From positions 185,312 through 249,311 of the forward strand of contig CAWEZF010000002.1 of NCBI GenBank assembly GCA_963813455.1: a stretch of DNA of 64,000 nucleotides, given 5' to 3'. The translations under genes were made by a program, and so were the position numbers. A model generated the notes under the pieces. It did no database searches and had not been told where the DNA came from. It was given only the letters and a program-made list of their open reading frames with translations. Positions 28,562 to 38,747 of the stretch are shown here, in pieces (the stretch's first letter is position 1; the number at the start of each line of letters is the position of its first letter). The DNA comes from an uncultured delta proteobacterium. Lineage in GTDB: Bacteria > Desulfobacterota > Syntrophia > Syntrophales > Smithellaceae.

Positions 28562-28969
28562 TTATTGTTCGTCAATAGCCAGATTTGCCAGCGTATCAGC
28601 CTGCGCGTTATGGCAACGGGCCACATGTGCAACCTTGACTGATTCAAAAGCCGAGAGCAGTGAGCGGATTTCGCGCATCAAATCTTTTAAGTTTTCATTT
28701 TTTACTTTATAAGCGCCATTTATTTGGCGGGCCAAGAGTTCCGAATCCAGGTGCACTTCCAGATTTTTATATCCTTTTTGCATCGCGCCCTTTAAGCCCA
28801 GAATAAGTGCCTTGTATTCAGCGATGTTATTAGTGCAATGCCCCAGATATTGCTTGCCTTCCCAAAGAATGTTTTCATTCGCGTCGGTAATGACGGCGCC
28901 GGCGCCCCCGATTCCCGGATTGCCGCGGCACGCCCCGTCACTGTAAAGTTTGTATGTTTTCTTTTCCAT
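28562..28969 (-). CDS. rnhA: ribonuclease HI
   Basis: 135-aa ORF. YSDGACRGNPGIGGAGAVI..NNIAEYKALILGL..DSELL..N..AD carries the DEDD catalytic pattern. Confidence 0.85.
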   Translation of the reverse strand: MEKKTYKLYSDGACRGNPGIGGAGAVITDANENILWEGKQYLGHCTNNIAEYKALILGLKGAMQKGYKNLEVHLDSELLARQINGAYKVKNENLKDLMREIRSLLSAFESVKVAHVARCHNAQADTLANLAIDEQ

Positions 28970-28971
28970 CT

Positions 28972-29694
28972 TTATGAAGCCGCGCTATCTTTGTTCTGGT
29001 AATAAATCATTCTATTGCAGTTGGGGCAGATCATAAGCTCCGATGTTTTCTGTAATTCGATATAGAGCTGTGGCGGAATATTCATGTGGCATCCATTGCA
29101 CACAGCCTTCCAGACAGAAACAACACCGATGCCGCAATTCCTGTTTTTAATTCTTTCATATTTTTCCAAAAGTCCGCCGTTCATTTTATTTTTTATTTCG
29201 TTTCTTTTTTGTTCCCATTTAGAAAAATCCGTGTCTAATGAATTTATATCCGCCTCCATTATTTTTCTTTCATCTTCATGCTTTTGCTTCTGCTGAGATA
29301 AAATTTCACCGTCTTTTTTTGCCAATGAAGAAATATTGTCCATTTCGTCCAGCAGGGAAATAATTTGTGTTTCTATGTCGCCGCAGGAAGCTTCGGCAAC
29401 TTCGATTTCCTTAAGAATTGCCTGATATTCTTTGTTATTTTTAACTTCCAGAAGCCTTCCCTTGGCTTTGACAATATTCTCATTAATTTTCTTAATCTCT
29501 TTTTCCTTGTCGGCATGTGCGTTTTTTAGTTCCTCATGCTTTTTCTTGTTTTGTTCCATGCTTTCTTTATAAGCTGCGAAATCTTTATCCAGTTTATCTA
29601 TTTTTTCCGGCAGCGTTTTTTTGCGTGTCGAAAACGCCATTAATTTTGAATCACACTCCTGAAGCTCGATTAACAATAATAAATCCTCGTTCAA
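28972..29694 (-). CDS. coiled-coil protein with C-terminal C4 zinc ribbon (COG1579-like)
   Basis: ORF 28972..29748, but codons 1-9 are encoded by a terminator hairpin. A TTG at 29694 after GAAAGGA gives (M)NEDLLLLIELQECDSKL... C-terminus CNGCHMNIPP..CPNCNRMIY. Confidence 0.65.
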   Translation of the reverse strand: MNEDLLLLIELQECDSKLMAFSTRKKTLPEKIDKLDKDFAAYKESMEQNKKKHEELKNAHADKEKEIKKINENIVKAKGRLLEVKNNKEYQAILKEIEVAEASCGDIETQIISLLDEMDNISSLAKKDGEILSQQKQKHEDERKIMEADINSLDTDFSKWEQKRNEIKNKMNGGLLEKYERIKNRNCGIGVVSVWKAVCNGCHMNIPPQLYIELQKTSELMICPNCNRMIYYQNKDSAAS

Positions 29695-29720
29695 TTTATT
29701 TTTCCTTTCTTTTGCGGAAT

Positions 29721-29748
29721 AAAAAAAATGCACCTTTTTGGGGTGCAT
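29721..29748 (-). terminator. intrinsic terminator downstream of tRNA-Met
   Basis: Minus strand: ATGCACC-ccaaaaa-GGTGCAT followed by a run of T residues. Confidence 0.6.
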
Positions 29749-29902
29749 TAAAAAATTGGCTTATTTGCCTTTCTGTCCGTGCCGTGAATTGATGCGATTG
29801 TTTGTTGCTTCACGGCATTAGAATCAATGTATGGTAATCTTTTCTCTCCTTTATTCATAAGAAATGCTTGTGCGGTCATTGTGCACTCTTTCCGGATATG
29901 CT

Positions 29903-29978
29903 TGGTGGGCCCACCTGGGATCGAACCAGGGACCTACCGGTTATGAGCCGGTGGCTCTACCAATTGAGCTATGGGCCC
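29903..29978 (-). tRNA. tRNA with CAU anticodon (elongator Met, or Ile2 if lysidine-modified)
   Basis: Minus strand GGGCCCATAGCTCAATTGGTAGAGCCACCGGCTCATAACCGGTAGGTCCCTGGTTCGATCCCAGGTGGGCCCACCA. All four stems pair, the anticodon loop is CTCATAA and CCA is encoded. Position 1-72 is paired and the anticodon stem has no GGG/CCC, so it is not an initiator. Confidence 0.9.
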
Positions 29979-30010
29979 TTTTGCATACCAGCCGTTTCTC
30001 AAGGCTTGCC

Positions 30011-30039
30011 TTGATATACATAAATATTTATATTGTCAA
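30011..30039 (-). promoter_or_regulatory. candidate promoter for tRNA-Met
   Basis: Minus strand: TTGACA (30039-30034), a 17-nt spacer, then TATCAA (30016-30011). It lies about 30 nt upstream of the tRNA 5' end, directly after the rpoD stop. Confidence 0.35.
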
Positions 30040-30041
30040 TA

Positions 30042-31790
30042 CTATTTTCCGCGCCGCTTACGCGCCTTATTCTTGGCTTTTTTTGGCGCGAGTGTTTCTT
30101 TAGTCTCAGTGTCTTCAGCTAAGCCTTCTATGATATTGGTAAGAGCCGATGAATTTTCCGACAAAGAGCTCAATCTGTCGCTGATGCCAAAACGCATCCG
30201 CAGGACTTTCTCCTCGCGCGGCGTCAGCGTGGATAATATTTTTTTTGTCTGGTCCGCCAGATCCATGCTGATTGTCGCTTCCGAAGGGGACATGATTTTT
30301 TTGTCCTCGATAAAATCTCCTAAATGGCTGTCTTCCTCTTCACCAATAGGGGTTTCCAGGGAAATCGGTTCCTTGGCTATTTTCAGAACTTTTCTTACTT
30401 TTTCCAAGGGGTATTCCATTTTATTGGCGATTTCTTCAGGAGTCGGTTCGCGTCCGAGTTCCTGGACAAGATAACGGGAAGTCCGAATCAGCTTATTAAT
30501 GGTTTCAATCATATGCACGGGAATTCTGATTGTCCGCGCCTGATCGGCGATCGCGCGGGTTATTGCCTGCCTGATCCACCATGTAGCGTAAGTGGAAAAT
30601 TTATAACCGCGCTGATACTCGAACTTATCCACCGCTTTCATTAGGCCAATATTTCCTTCCTGAATTAAATCCAGAAATTGCAGCCCGCGGTTTGTGTATT
30701 TTTTGGCAATGCTTACAACCAGGCGCAAATTAGCTTCGACAAGTTTTCTTTGAGCGATCTCCGCTTTGCGCTCGCCGTCTTCAATTGATCTGACGACGGT
30801 TTTTAATGTTGCCGCGGGTATGCTTGATTCCTTGACAACATGTTTTATTCTCTTATGCGCTTCGTCTATCGCCACTTTGCTTCTTTTGAGTAAATCAACG
30901 GAAACCCGATTTTCCCTTGCCACTTTTTTCTCATTAGCCTGGGATTTTTTCATTTTTGCCCAGGCCTTTTCCAGTTGGGCTTGGTTTAATTTGGTTTCCT
31001 TTTTGTACTGGGAAATGACTTTTTCCGCTCTCTCAATTTCTTCATTGTAATAGCGCAGGCGGGCGATAAAACGGTTAATCTGTTTTTTACTGAATCTGAT
31101 TTTACGGCAGAGAGTAATAATAAACCTGGTATTTTTTTCCAGTTCGGCGCTTAAGGTTTCGCGCTGTTTAACGCGTATGGCTTTAGACTTCAGCTTATTG
31201 CGCAGCACGTTATTTCTGTCGTTGAATAATTTGATTCTGGAAAGAAGTTTTAAAACTCTTTCTCTGTGTTCATCCTCTTCGACAAAACCTTCTTCATCCT
31301 CAACGTTATCGACAACATTTTTAATTCTGATTTCGCCGCTTTCCAGTTTTGCCGCAAGGCCCAATACCTCGTTTATGGAAACAGGCAGCCGGAATATTGC
31401 TGACATTGCTTCCCGCGCCCCTTCTTCTATTTTTTTGGCAATTTCCACCTCTCCTTCGCGACTGAGCAGTGACACCAGGCCCATTTCCCGCAAATACATT
31501 TTAACCGGATCGCCCGTCTTGCCGGCCATGGGCAACATGGCCAAGGTTTCGGGCAATTTAGCGGGTGCGGTCTCCTCGGCGGGTTTTTTTACCATCAGCT
31601 TTTCGCCCTGCTCGGTATCGATGATATCGATGTTTTTTTCGCCGAAAAGCATAATGATATCATCTATTTGGTCTGAAGAAGTTAAATCAGCCGGCAGCAT
31701 GTCATTTACATCATCGTAAGTTAAAAATCCTTTTTCTTCACCCAGAAGGAGCAATTTTTTAAATTCATCAGATTGCAGTTCTTTGGCCAT
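30042..31790 (-). CDS. rpoD: primary-type RNA polymerase sigma factor (RpoD family) with aberrant C-terminus
   Basis: 582-aa ORF in a yqeY-dnaG-rpoD operon. Region 2 ([50 protein letters not shown]), region 3 and region 4.1 ([15 protein letters not shown]) are clear. The last 46 aa do not look like region 4.2 (see findings). Confidence 0.85.
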   Translation of the reverse strand: MAKELQSDEFKKLLLLGEEKGFLTYDDVNDMLPADLTSSDQIDDIIMLFGEKNIDIIDTEQGEKLMVKKPAEETAPAKLPETLAMLPMAGKTGDPVKMYLREMGLVSLLSREGEVEIAKKIEEGAREAMSAIFRLPVSINEVLGLAAKLESGEIRIKNVVDNVEDEEGFVEEDEHRERVLKLLSRIKLFNDRNNVLRNKLKSKAIRVKQRETLSAELEKNTRFIITLCRKIRFSKKQINRFIARLRYYNEEIERAEKVISQYKKETKLNQAQLEKAWAKMKKSQANEKKVARENRVSVDLLKRSKVAIDEAHKRIKHVVKESSIPAATLKTVVRSIEDGERKAEIAQRKLVEANLRLVVSIAKKYTNRGLQFLDLIQEGNIGLMKAVDKFEYQRGYKFSTYATWWIRQAITRAIADQARTIRIPVHMIETINKLIRTSRYLVQELGREPTPEEIANKMEYPLEKVRKVLKIAKEPISLETPIGEEEDSHLGDFIEDKKIMSPSEATISMDLADQTKKILSTLTPREEKVLRMRFGISDRLSSLSENSSALTNIIEGLAEDTETKETLAPKKAKNKARKRRGK

Positions 31791-31823
31791 TTGGTGTCTC
31801 CCCGAAATTATTTTGATATTTGC

Positions 31824-33575
31824 CTAATTTAATTCTTTTTCTTCCATTAGCAAGTTTTCTTTTTCGCGAATAAGCTCATTTACCAAGTCATTATTGCCGC
31901 TTTCCTGAGCTTTACCCAGCTTTAATTTTATCTGGCGATGCTGATCTTTGTACCACTTTTTCTTAATCTGTCTGATATTATCGGAGAATATCTTTTCCAG
32001 CTTTGTATCGTCAGCTGGCAGGGCTTTGATCATCATCTGGAACATTCTTTCGCGCAGAGGCGCGTCCTCATCCTCCGATAAAATTTCGCCGATATCCACA
32101 AAGCCCAGCCGCTTGTAAGCGTCAATAATTTTTTCACCTAAAGATTTAAGCTGGGGCTGTAAAAAATAATGCAATATATCGTCTTCTTCCACCTGATTGA
32201 TTTTTTTGGGATATTCCAGCAAAAGCTGAATTAAATGCAGCTCAACAGCGTCGTTGCTGATATTGGTCTGCGGTTTTGCCCCGGCCCTTTTTGGTTCCTG
32301 CTGCCGCCGCTCTTTTATAAGCAATTCCTCATTTATGCCAGTTTTTTCCGCAATGCGCTTTATAAACAGGGCTTTTTCTTTTTTGTCGCTTATTTTTTCA
32401 ATAAATTCCATGGCGGTTTTAACCATTTCCCTTTTATCTTCAAAGGTTTTTCCCCCGCCGATGACATTTTCTATGTAGTAATCGCTAAGCGGCTGAGCGT
32501 GGGATATCAAAACTTCCAGGTTATCCTTGCCGAATTTTTTTACATAGTCGTCCGGATCGAGGTCATCCGGTAAAATCAAAACCCGCGCTTTCATGCGTGT
32601 TTCCAGAAAAAGTTCCAGGCTGCGGTCAACAGCTTTTTTACCCGCCGCGTCAGGATCAAAAAGGGCGACAATGTTTGTGGTATAGCGGCGCAGCAATTCG
32701 AGATGTTCTCTGGTGAGCGCGGTGCCCAAAGTTGCCACAACATTGCTGATACCGGCGTTAACCAGAGATATAAGGTCAAAATAACCTTCCACAATGAGAG
32801 CAAAATCTCTGCCGCGAATTGCGTCTTTTGTTTTGTTCAGGCCGTATAAATTTTTCCCCTTTATATAAACGGGTGATTCCGGAGAATTCAGATATTTTGG
32901 CTCTCCTTTATCCAGAATTCTGCCGCCGAAGGCAATGACTTCTCCGAAAACGTTTTCGATGGGAAAAATCATCCGTCCGCGAAACCGGTCATAAAATTTT
33001 CCTTCTTTACCGATGATTACCAGGCCCGCCTGCTCGGCTAGTTTCAGCGTTATGCCGCTGCCCTCGATGTGATTGGTCAGAGAATTCCAACTGTCCGGCG
33101 CGTAACCAAGACGAAATTGTTTTATTGTGTCTTCTGAAATCCCTCTGCCTTGCAGATACTGGCGGGCATCTTTCCCGGCGGGTGAATATAGATTACGGGC
33201 AAATTGCTGCGCGGCCCGCAGATTCAATTCTGTAATCTTTTCTCTTAGCGAATCCTTTTCACGGCTTTCTTTGCTGGCTGTCCGCGGCGGCAAAACAATG
33301 CCCGCTTTTTGCGCCAGGTCCTTAATAGCTTCAGGAAAAGATTTGCCCGCGATTTTCATCAGGAAGGTGATGACATTTCCCCCCTGTCCGCAACCGAAGC
33401 AGTAAAATATCTGTTTTTCTCTGTTGAGAGTGAATGAAGGTGTTTTTTCCTGATGAAAGGGGCACAGGCCGACAAAGTTCCGCCCCGCTTTTTTCAGGGT
33501 CAAATATTCGGAAGCCAGTTCAACAATATCCACCCTGCTTTTGATTTCATCAATTTTATTATCATCAAAACGCAC
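31824..33575 (-). CDS. dnaG: DNA primase DnaG
   Basis: GTG start. CHC2 zinc finger (CPFHQEKTPSF..CFGCGQGG) and a TOPRIM segment (IVEGYFD). Confidence 0.93.
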   Translation of the reverse strand: MRFDDNKIDEIKSRVDIVELASEYLTLKKAGRNFVGLCPFHQEKTPSFTLNREKQIFYCFGCGQGGNVITFLMKIAGKSFPEAIKDLAQKAGIVLPPRTASKESREKDSLREKITELNLRAAQQFARNLYSPAGKDARQYLQGRGISEDTIKQFRLGYAPDSWNSLTNHIEGSGITLKLAEQAGLVIIGKEGKFYDRFRGRMIFPIENVFGEVIAFGGRILDKGEPKYLNSPESPVYIKGKNLYGLNKTKDAIRGRDFALIVEGYFDLISLVNAGISNVVATLGTALTREHLELLRRYTTNIVALFDPDAAGKKAVDRSLELFLETRMKARVLILPDDLDPDDYVKKFGKDNLEVLISHAQPLSDYYIENVIGGGKTFEDKREMVKTAMEFIEKISDKKEKALFIKRIAEKTGINEELLIKERRQQEPKRAGAKPQTNISNDAVELHLIQLLLEYPKKINQVEEDDILHYFLQPQLKSLGEKIIDAYKRLGFVDIGEILSEDEDAPLRERMFQMMIKALPADDTKLEKIFSDNIRQIKKKWYKDQHRQIKLKLGKAQESGNNDLVNELIREKENLLMEEKELN

Positions 33576-33613
33576 TGAATATTTTTCCTAGCTTGGTTTA
33601 AATGTTTTAAAGG

Positions 33614-34060
33614 TTATGATGATAAAAGAGCCTTAACCTTTTCGCCAGCCGCTTTTCCGTCGGCTTTGCCGGTTATCTGCGGCATCAGGATTTTCATTAC
33701 TTTACCCATGTCTTTTGCGGAAACAGCGCCGGCTTCGGCTATCGCTTTTTTTATCAGATTTTCCACTTCTTCATCGGACATCTGCGCGGGTAAAAATTCC
33801 TGTACCACTTTCAGTTCCGCTTCTTCTTTTTCCACTAAATCGGTTCTGCCTCCTTTGGCAAACTGCTCGATGGAATCTTTTCTTTGTTTTACCATCACGG
33901 AGAGAAGCTGCATGGTTTCTGTTTCGTTGAGCGGACGGATGAGCTCGATCTCTTTGTTATGCAACGCTGTTTTAATCATGCGCACGGCGGAGAGGCGAAT
34001 TTTGTCTTTGGCTTTAGCCGCCGACACCATTTCTTCATTTATTTTTTTATTAATATCCAT
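33614..34060 (-). CDS. GatB/YqeY domain protein
   Basis: 148-aa ORF. ..AAKAKDKIRLSAVRMIKTAL..EEAELKVVQEFLP.. is typical of YqeY. Confidence 0.85.
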   Translation of the reverse strand: MDINKKINEEMVSAAKAKDKIRLSAVRMIKTALHNKEIELIRPLNETETMQLLSVMVKQRKDSIEQFAKGGRTDLVEKEEAELKVVQEFLPAQMSDEEVENLIKKAIAEAGAVSAKDMGKVMKILMPQITGKADGKAAGEKVKALLSS

Positions 34061-34075
34061 ATGGCTGCTCCTTAA

Positions 34076-34420
34076 TTACCCTAGCTGGTCTTCCAGTTTT
34101 TTTCCGCCGAGAAGATGCATATGCAGATGAAAAACCACCTGGCCTCCTTCGGCGTTGCAATTAATAACGGTGCGGAAGCCGCGTTCGGCAATATTTTTTA
34201 TTTTTGCCACTTTCTGCGCGGCCGCGATTAAGCAATTGGCAATGTTATTTTGTGAAACATCAATGTCCAGCATGGTGGAGATATGCTCTTTGGGAATAAT
34301 AATAACATGTACGGGAGCCATGGGCTGAATATCATCGAAGGCAAGCACTTTTTCGTCTTCATAAACCTTGGTGCAGGGTATTTTACCCTCGACTATTTTG
34401 CAAAATACGCAATCCGGCAT
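34076..34420 (-). CDS. HIT-family (histidine triad) protein
   Basis: ORF 34076..34537; ATG 34420 follows GGGAGGG. CVFCKIV.. N-terminus and HLHMHLLGG triad. Confidence 0.85.
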   Translation of the reverse strand: MPDCVFCKIVEGKIPCTKVYEDEKVLAFDDIQPMAPVHVIIIPKEHISTMLDIDVSQNNIANCLIAAAQKVAKIKNIAERGFRTVINCNAEGGQVVFHLHMHLLGGKKLEDQLG

Positions 34421-34440
34421 ATACATTCCCTCCCAAATAT

Positions 34441-35175
34441 TTAGTTGTGGGGTTTTTCTGCTTTTTTTATCGCGTCTTCCAGCTGGATAGCTCCCGTGTA
34501 AAGAGCGCGTCCGATAATCACGCCATAAAATTCGCACTTATCCACTGCTTTAAGTTTTTCTATGTCTTTAATTGAAGCGACGCCACCGGAAGCGATAACC
34601 GGTATATTGACGGACATAGCGAGGTCGCGGGTTGCTTCTATATTTACTCCCGTTTCCATCCCGTCGCGTTTGATATCAGTGTAAACGATAGCCTTTATTC
34701 CGCGGTTTTCAAAACGTCGGGCAAGGTCAACCGCTTTTTTTTGTGTTTTTTGCGTCCAGCCTTGCACTGCCACATTGCCGTCAAGCGCGTCTATCCCCAA
34801 TATAATCCTGCCGGGATATTTTTCACCGGCCTGAAAAATAATTTCTTCGTTTTGCAGGGCCGCCGTGCCCAGGATAACCGCGCCGACGCCATTTTGCAGG
34901 TAGAAATCAATTGTTTTTATGTCACGGATGCCCCCGCCTACCTGAATGGGAACATTGACTTCTTTGGCTATCTGCAAAATTATTTGCGCGTTTTTTGGCA
35001 GGCCGGCAACTGAACCGTCGAGATCAACCACGTGAATCAGCTCGGCGCCTTTTCGCGCCCATGCCGCCGCTGTTTGGACGGGATTGTCAGCATAAATGGT
35101 AACGCGGTCAAAATCACCCTGAGCCAGCCTCACACATTTTCCATCTTTAATATCGATTGCCGGAATAATAATCAA
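34441..35175 (-). CDS. hisA: ProFAR isomerase HisA
   Basis: MIIIPAIDIKDGKCVRL..VVDLDG..QVGGGIR.. is collinear with HisA. Confidence 0.92.
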   Translation of the reverse strand: MIIIPAIDIKDGKCVRLAQGDFDRVTIYADNPVQTAAAWARKGAELIHVVDLDGSVAGLPKNAQIILQIAKEVNVPIQVGGGIRDIKTIDFYLQNGVGAVILGTAALQNEEIIFQAGEKYPGRIILGIDALDGNVAVQGWTQKTQKKAVDLARRFENRGIKAIVYTDIKRDGMETGVNIEATRDLAMSVNIPVIASGGVASIKDIEKLKAVDKCEFYGVIIGRALYTGAIQLEDAIKKAEKPHN

Positions 35176-35257
35176 TTAAATACTCCATAAATAAACAAAG
35201 CGAAACCACAATGAGATGATTCCGCAAGGGGAAAATTGTTTCCTAAACGGTAATTTT

Positions 35258-35944
35258 CTAACGCGCAAAACCGGGAAATTTTTTAAAAATCTCATCCATG
35301 CCTTGCTTGGAAAGCTGTTCGGCAGTAAGCCATTTGCCCCCGCCTCTGAAAAACGAAGATATCTGGAATAAATCTTCCATCAGGGATTTTTGTGTTTTAT
35401 CAAAAATCCCTCTCCATATTATGCTTTTGTCAGAAGGATTTACCATGTAAATTTCATAAGCGACGGAAGCGGGCTGCTTTACAGAGTAGTCATATCCTAC
35501 CCTTTCCGTATAGCGATAAATATAACCCACGGCCAGAATATCCGCCCCTGTCTCCTGACCGACCTTGTTTAAAACATCCAGCAGGGGTTTGCGTAGGGAT
35601 TCAGCAGCAACTCTTTTATAAACAGCCTGCAGCCTTTCTGAAGGCAATACGCGCACTTCTTTAAATTCGCCAAGCTTGTTTACAAAAATATTTTCGACTA
35701 TCTTTTCCGCGCCTTCCTGAATTTTTCCCGCAACGGAAGCGCTGGTGCAAAGCGGGCAAACAACGGCACTTTCCAAACCCTCGCCGGGTATCAGCGCCTC
35801 AAAAGATATAACGCCTAATGATACAGTTGATTTTACGTTCAGTGCCTCTGATTCTGTTGAGTAGGAGTTAAAAGAAAAAGATAGCAAAAGAGCAAGAACA
35901 AACGCGCCGGCCAGGATAAATTTTTTCCGATTATAGTTTAACAA
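35258..35944 (-). CDS. membrane-anchored protein of unknown function inserted between hisB and hisA
   Basis: The ATG-initiated ORF 35258..36037 would overlap hisB by 89 nt. A TTG at 35944 after GCGAGG gives a typical signal-anchor N-terminus (LNYNRKKFILAGAFVLALLL). No family recognised with confidence. Confidence 0.45.
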   Translation of the reverse strand: MLNYNRKKFILAGAFVLALLLSFSFNSYSTESEALNVKSTVSLGVISFEALIPGEGLESAVVCPLCTSASVAGKIQEGAEKIVENIFVNKLGEFKEVRVLPSERLQAVYKRVAAESLRKPLLDVLNKVGQETGADILAVGYIYRYTERVGYDYSVKQPASVAYEIYMVNPSDKSIIWRGIFDKTQKSLMEDLFQISSFFRGGGKWLTAEQLSKQGMDEIFKKFPGFAR

Positions 35945-35948
35945 TTTT

Positions 35949-36548
35949 CTACCTCGCTTTCTCGAGACTTCCTTTGGTGGAAAGAACTCCAACAACTTTT
36001 TTGTTGACTTCAACAGCTCCTCTGAGCGCTTTGGCAAAAGCTTTAAAAACCGCTTCGATTATGTGGTGGCTGTTGCTCCCGTACAATAGATTTATATGCA
36101 GCGTTATGCCGCTGTGATCCGTAAAGGCCTTGAAAAATTCTTTAACCAAAGCGGGATCGAATCCTCCAATTTTTCGGCGCGCGTATTTAACATTGTAAAT
36201 CAAATACGGGCGGCCGGAAATATCCAAATCCACGCGGCATAAACATTCATCCATCGGAACGCATGCCGAGCCATAACGGTTAATGCTAACTTTTTTGCCT
36301 AGCGCCTTTTCCACGGCTTGGCCTAGACAAATACCCAAATCCTCTACCAAGTGGTGATCGTCAATCTGCGTGTCTCCCTTGCTCTTGATAATCATCTGGA
36401 AAAAACCGTGCCTGGCCAAAAGCTCCAGCATGTGATCAAAAAAAGGTATTGTTGTGACAATTTTACTGCCGGCAGCTTTGTCCAGGTCAATTGCGAGCTG
36501 TATATTCGTTTCTTTTGTCTTGCGGATAATTTTTGCTTTTCTTGCCAT
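35949..36548 (-). CDS. hisB: imidazoleglycerol-phosphate dehydratase HisB
   Basis: ORF to 36572; likely start ATG 36548 (MARKAKIIRKTKETNIQLAIDLD). DDHHLVEDLGI and NSHHIIEA motifs. Confidence 0.92.
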   Translation of the reverse strand: MARKAKIIRKTKETNIQLAIDLDKAAGSKIVTTIPFFDHMLELLARHGFFQMIIKSKGDTQIDDHHLVEDLGICLGQAVEKALGKKVSINRYGSACVPMDECLCRVDLDISGRPYLIYNVKYARRKIGGFDPALVKEFFKAFTDHSGITLHINLLYGSNSHHIIEAVFKAFAKALRGAVEVNKKVVGVLSTKGSLEKAR

Positions 36549-36564
36549 ATGTGCGCCTTTATCC

Positions 36565-37437
36565 TTAAACAACTTTGTTCAAAGGGTATTCAATTATGCC
36601 TTCGGCACCCGCTTCCAGAAGAAGAGGTATTAATTCTCTCATGCCTTTCGCGTTTACAATTGATTCCACGGCATACCATTCCTGCGAAGAGAGGCTCGCT
36701 ACCGTGGGCGATCTCAACGAAGGAATCAAAGACATCACCTTTTCCAAATTTTCTTTGGAAACATTCAGCTTCAGCCCGACTTTTCCCATAGCCTGCAGAG
36801 AGCCGACCAGCATCGTTTTAATCTGCTCTATTTTCTTACGTTTCCAGGGGTCATCCCAGGCGGCGCAATTGGCAATAAGCTGCGTGTTGGTTTTCATCAG
36901 CTCGTGGATAATCCTTAGCTTATTCGCTTTTATTGTGGAGCCGGTTTCCGTTACTTCCACCACCGCGTCCACCAGGCCTTCCACGACTTTTGCTTCTGTT
37001 GCGCCCCAGGAAAATTCTACCTGCACATTTATTTTCTTTTCGGCGAAATATTTTTTTGTAAAATTAACCAGTTCTGTGGATATTTTTTTCCCTTCCATGT
37101 CTTCAATTTTTTGATAAGGCGAATCGCCTCGCACGACAAGCACCCAGCGCGCCTGCCGCATAGAAACTTTGGAGTAAATAAGATCCTGCACAACAACGAC
37201 ATCAGAAGCATTTTCCATAATCCAGTCTATTCCGGTAAGCCCCAAATCCAGCGTGCCGTCTTCGACGTAACGCGACATTTCCTGCGCGCGCACAAGCGAA
37301 CAGGTCATTTCCGAATCATCAATATCGGGAAAGTAACTGCGGCTGTCATAAGTTATACGCCAACCGGCCTTTTTAAAAATATCTACAGTATTTTCTTCCA
37401 GGGAACCCTTGGGAATTCCCAGTTTTAAAACCTTCAT
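36565..37437 (-). CDS. hisG: ATP phosphoribosyltransferase HisG (long form)
   Basis: 290-aa [35 protein letters not shown].., with a C-terminal regulatory domain. Confidence 0.92.
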   Translation of the reverse strand: MKVLKLGIPKGSLEENTVDIFKKAGWRITYDSRSYFPDIDDSEMTCSLVRAQEMSRYVEDGTLDLGLTGIDWIMENASDVVVVQDLIYSKVSMRQARWVLVVRGDSPYQKIEDMEGKKISTELVNFTKKYFAEKKINVQVEFSWGATEAKVVEGLVDAVVEVTETGSTIKANKLRIIHELMKTNTQLIANCAAWDDPWKRKKIEQIKTMLVGSLQAMGKVGLKLNVSKENLEKVMSLIPSLRSPTVASLSSQEWYAVESIVNAKGMRELIPLLLEAGAEGIIEYPLNKVV

Positions 37438-37817
37438 TTATATACTTCCTTGGGATCAAAAATTTTTTCTCCTACGACAACGAAATCCTTGCCTTCCAGT
37501 TTGCGGTAAAAGCAGGACTTGTAACCTGTATGACACGCCGCCTTTCCGATTTGTTCAACCTGGAGCAAGATGGTGTCGTTATCGCAATCGATAAAAATAT
37601 TCTTAACCAGCTGAAAATTGCCGGAAGATTCGCCTTTTATCCAGAGGGTCTGGCGTGATCGGCTCCAATAAGTCGCTTTGCCGGTCAGCAAAGTCTTTTC
37701 CCAGGATGGCCTGTTCATATAGGCTAGCATAAGGACTTCGCCGGATTCAGCATCCTGGGCAATAGCGGGGATTAAGCCATCCCCTTTGGCAAAATTAGGT
37801 TCAGTCATTTTATCCAC
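37434..37817 (-). CDS. hisI: phosphoribosyl-AMP cyclohydrolase HisI (monofunctional)
   Basis: 127-aa [52 protein letters not shown]. Confidence 0.9.
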   Translation of the reverse strand: MDKMTEPNFAKGDGLIPAIAQDAESGEVLMLAYMNRPSWEKTLLTGKATYWSRSRQTLWIKGESSGNFQLVKNIFIDCDNDTILLQVEQIGKAACHTGYKSCFYRKLEGKDFVVVGEKIFDPKEVYK

Positions 37818-37982
37818 TTGTCTTCATTAAATAAATCATATTTAATTGATGAATTGCTTTAAATCAAGAAATATTTTTATCCTGAATTATCGCGTATTTC
37901 TGTCTTGCTTCCTATTTCTTTTCATGCTACTAAAAATGCAAAACAATACGAGTTAATTGATCAGTTTTCAGGAGGTCTGCTT

Positions 37983-38270
37983 ATGTCTTTGCTAATCGGA
38001 GGCGTTATTTCCGCCATCATCGGATTGATCAGCCTTATTTTCTGGTGGGGCGATTTTATGACTATAGTAAAAGGAGCTTTTCCCATTTGCCTTCTTCTAG
38101 GGGGTGCGTTGGCTGTTTATGTGGGCATTGATGAAATGCAGGAAAAAATTAACGAAGATAAGCTGAGTCAGGAAGAAAAATTGGAAAAAGTCAGGCAAGA
38201 AGCTGAAATTGCGAAAGCCGAAGCGGAAAAATACAAAGAAGAACTTAGTAAATTAAAAGAAAAGAAATAA
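37983..38270 (+). CDS. small membrane protein with Lys/Glu-rich coiled-coil tail
   Basis: ATG 37983 follows AGGAGG. Two TM helices, then EKINEDKLSQEEKLEKVRQEAEIAKAEAEKYKEEL. Confidence 0.5.
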   Translation: MSLLIGGVISAIIGLISLIFWWGDFMTIVKGAFPICLLLGGALAVYVGIDEMQEKINEDKLSQEEKLEKVRQEAEIAKAEAEKYKEELSKLKEKK

Positions 38271-38344
38271 TCATACCTTTAATTAGCTGATTGGTTTAAA
38301 ATTTATTTAGTCTGATTTTTATCAGCCGGCATGGAAAATCCTAT

Positions 38345-38376
38345 TAAGCGCACACATATGTGTGCGCTTATTATTT
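38345..38376 (+). terminator. intrinsic terminator candidate
   Basis: Perfect 26-nt palindrome TAAGCGCACACAT/ATGTGTGCGCTTA followed by TTATTT. Confidence 0.5.
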
Positions 38377-38747
38377 GATTCTTTGCTGCCCTCGCCATAC
38401 CCAAGTATTTAATTTAACATGCAATTATTTAATATAAGTTTTTATGGACAAGAAATTGTTTGTGATATTTTAAGTAAATATATAATAAAATATTACAAAT
38501 TATTACTTATATATCTAAATTATTCTTTACAAGTTACCGATAAAATGATAACTGAACGCGATTTTGTGAGTACTTCATGCGCTTGCATATAGGGCAAATT
38601 TGGCTGTCTGGTTTTTTATAAGGCATTTATTTTCCGGATTTTAATGGGGATGTAATAATGCTGTAATGAATCTTCTCTATATTCCTTGCGCACTGAAAAT
38701 TGAAAAATGCAATAAAGCCAAAAAAAATTTAAGTTTAGGAGGAAAAA

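Noticed and set aside
29748-29858. 36-codon minus-strand ORF (MNKGEKRLPYIDSNAVKQQ..) in the tRNA-Met trailer
   Set aside because: It has no Shine-Dalgarno, its stop lies inside the terminator stem, and its composition is unremarkable. I treat it as non-coding unless conservation shows otherwise.
29864-30474. Plus-strand ORFs 29864..30103 and 29971..30474
   Set aside because: They run across the tRNA-Met gene and antisense to the rpoD 3' end, with no coding signal. I checked them specifically as a possible inverted copy of sigma region 4.2 and found no match.
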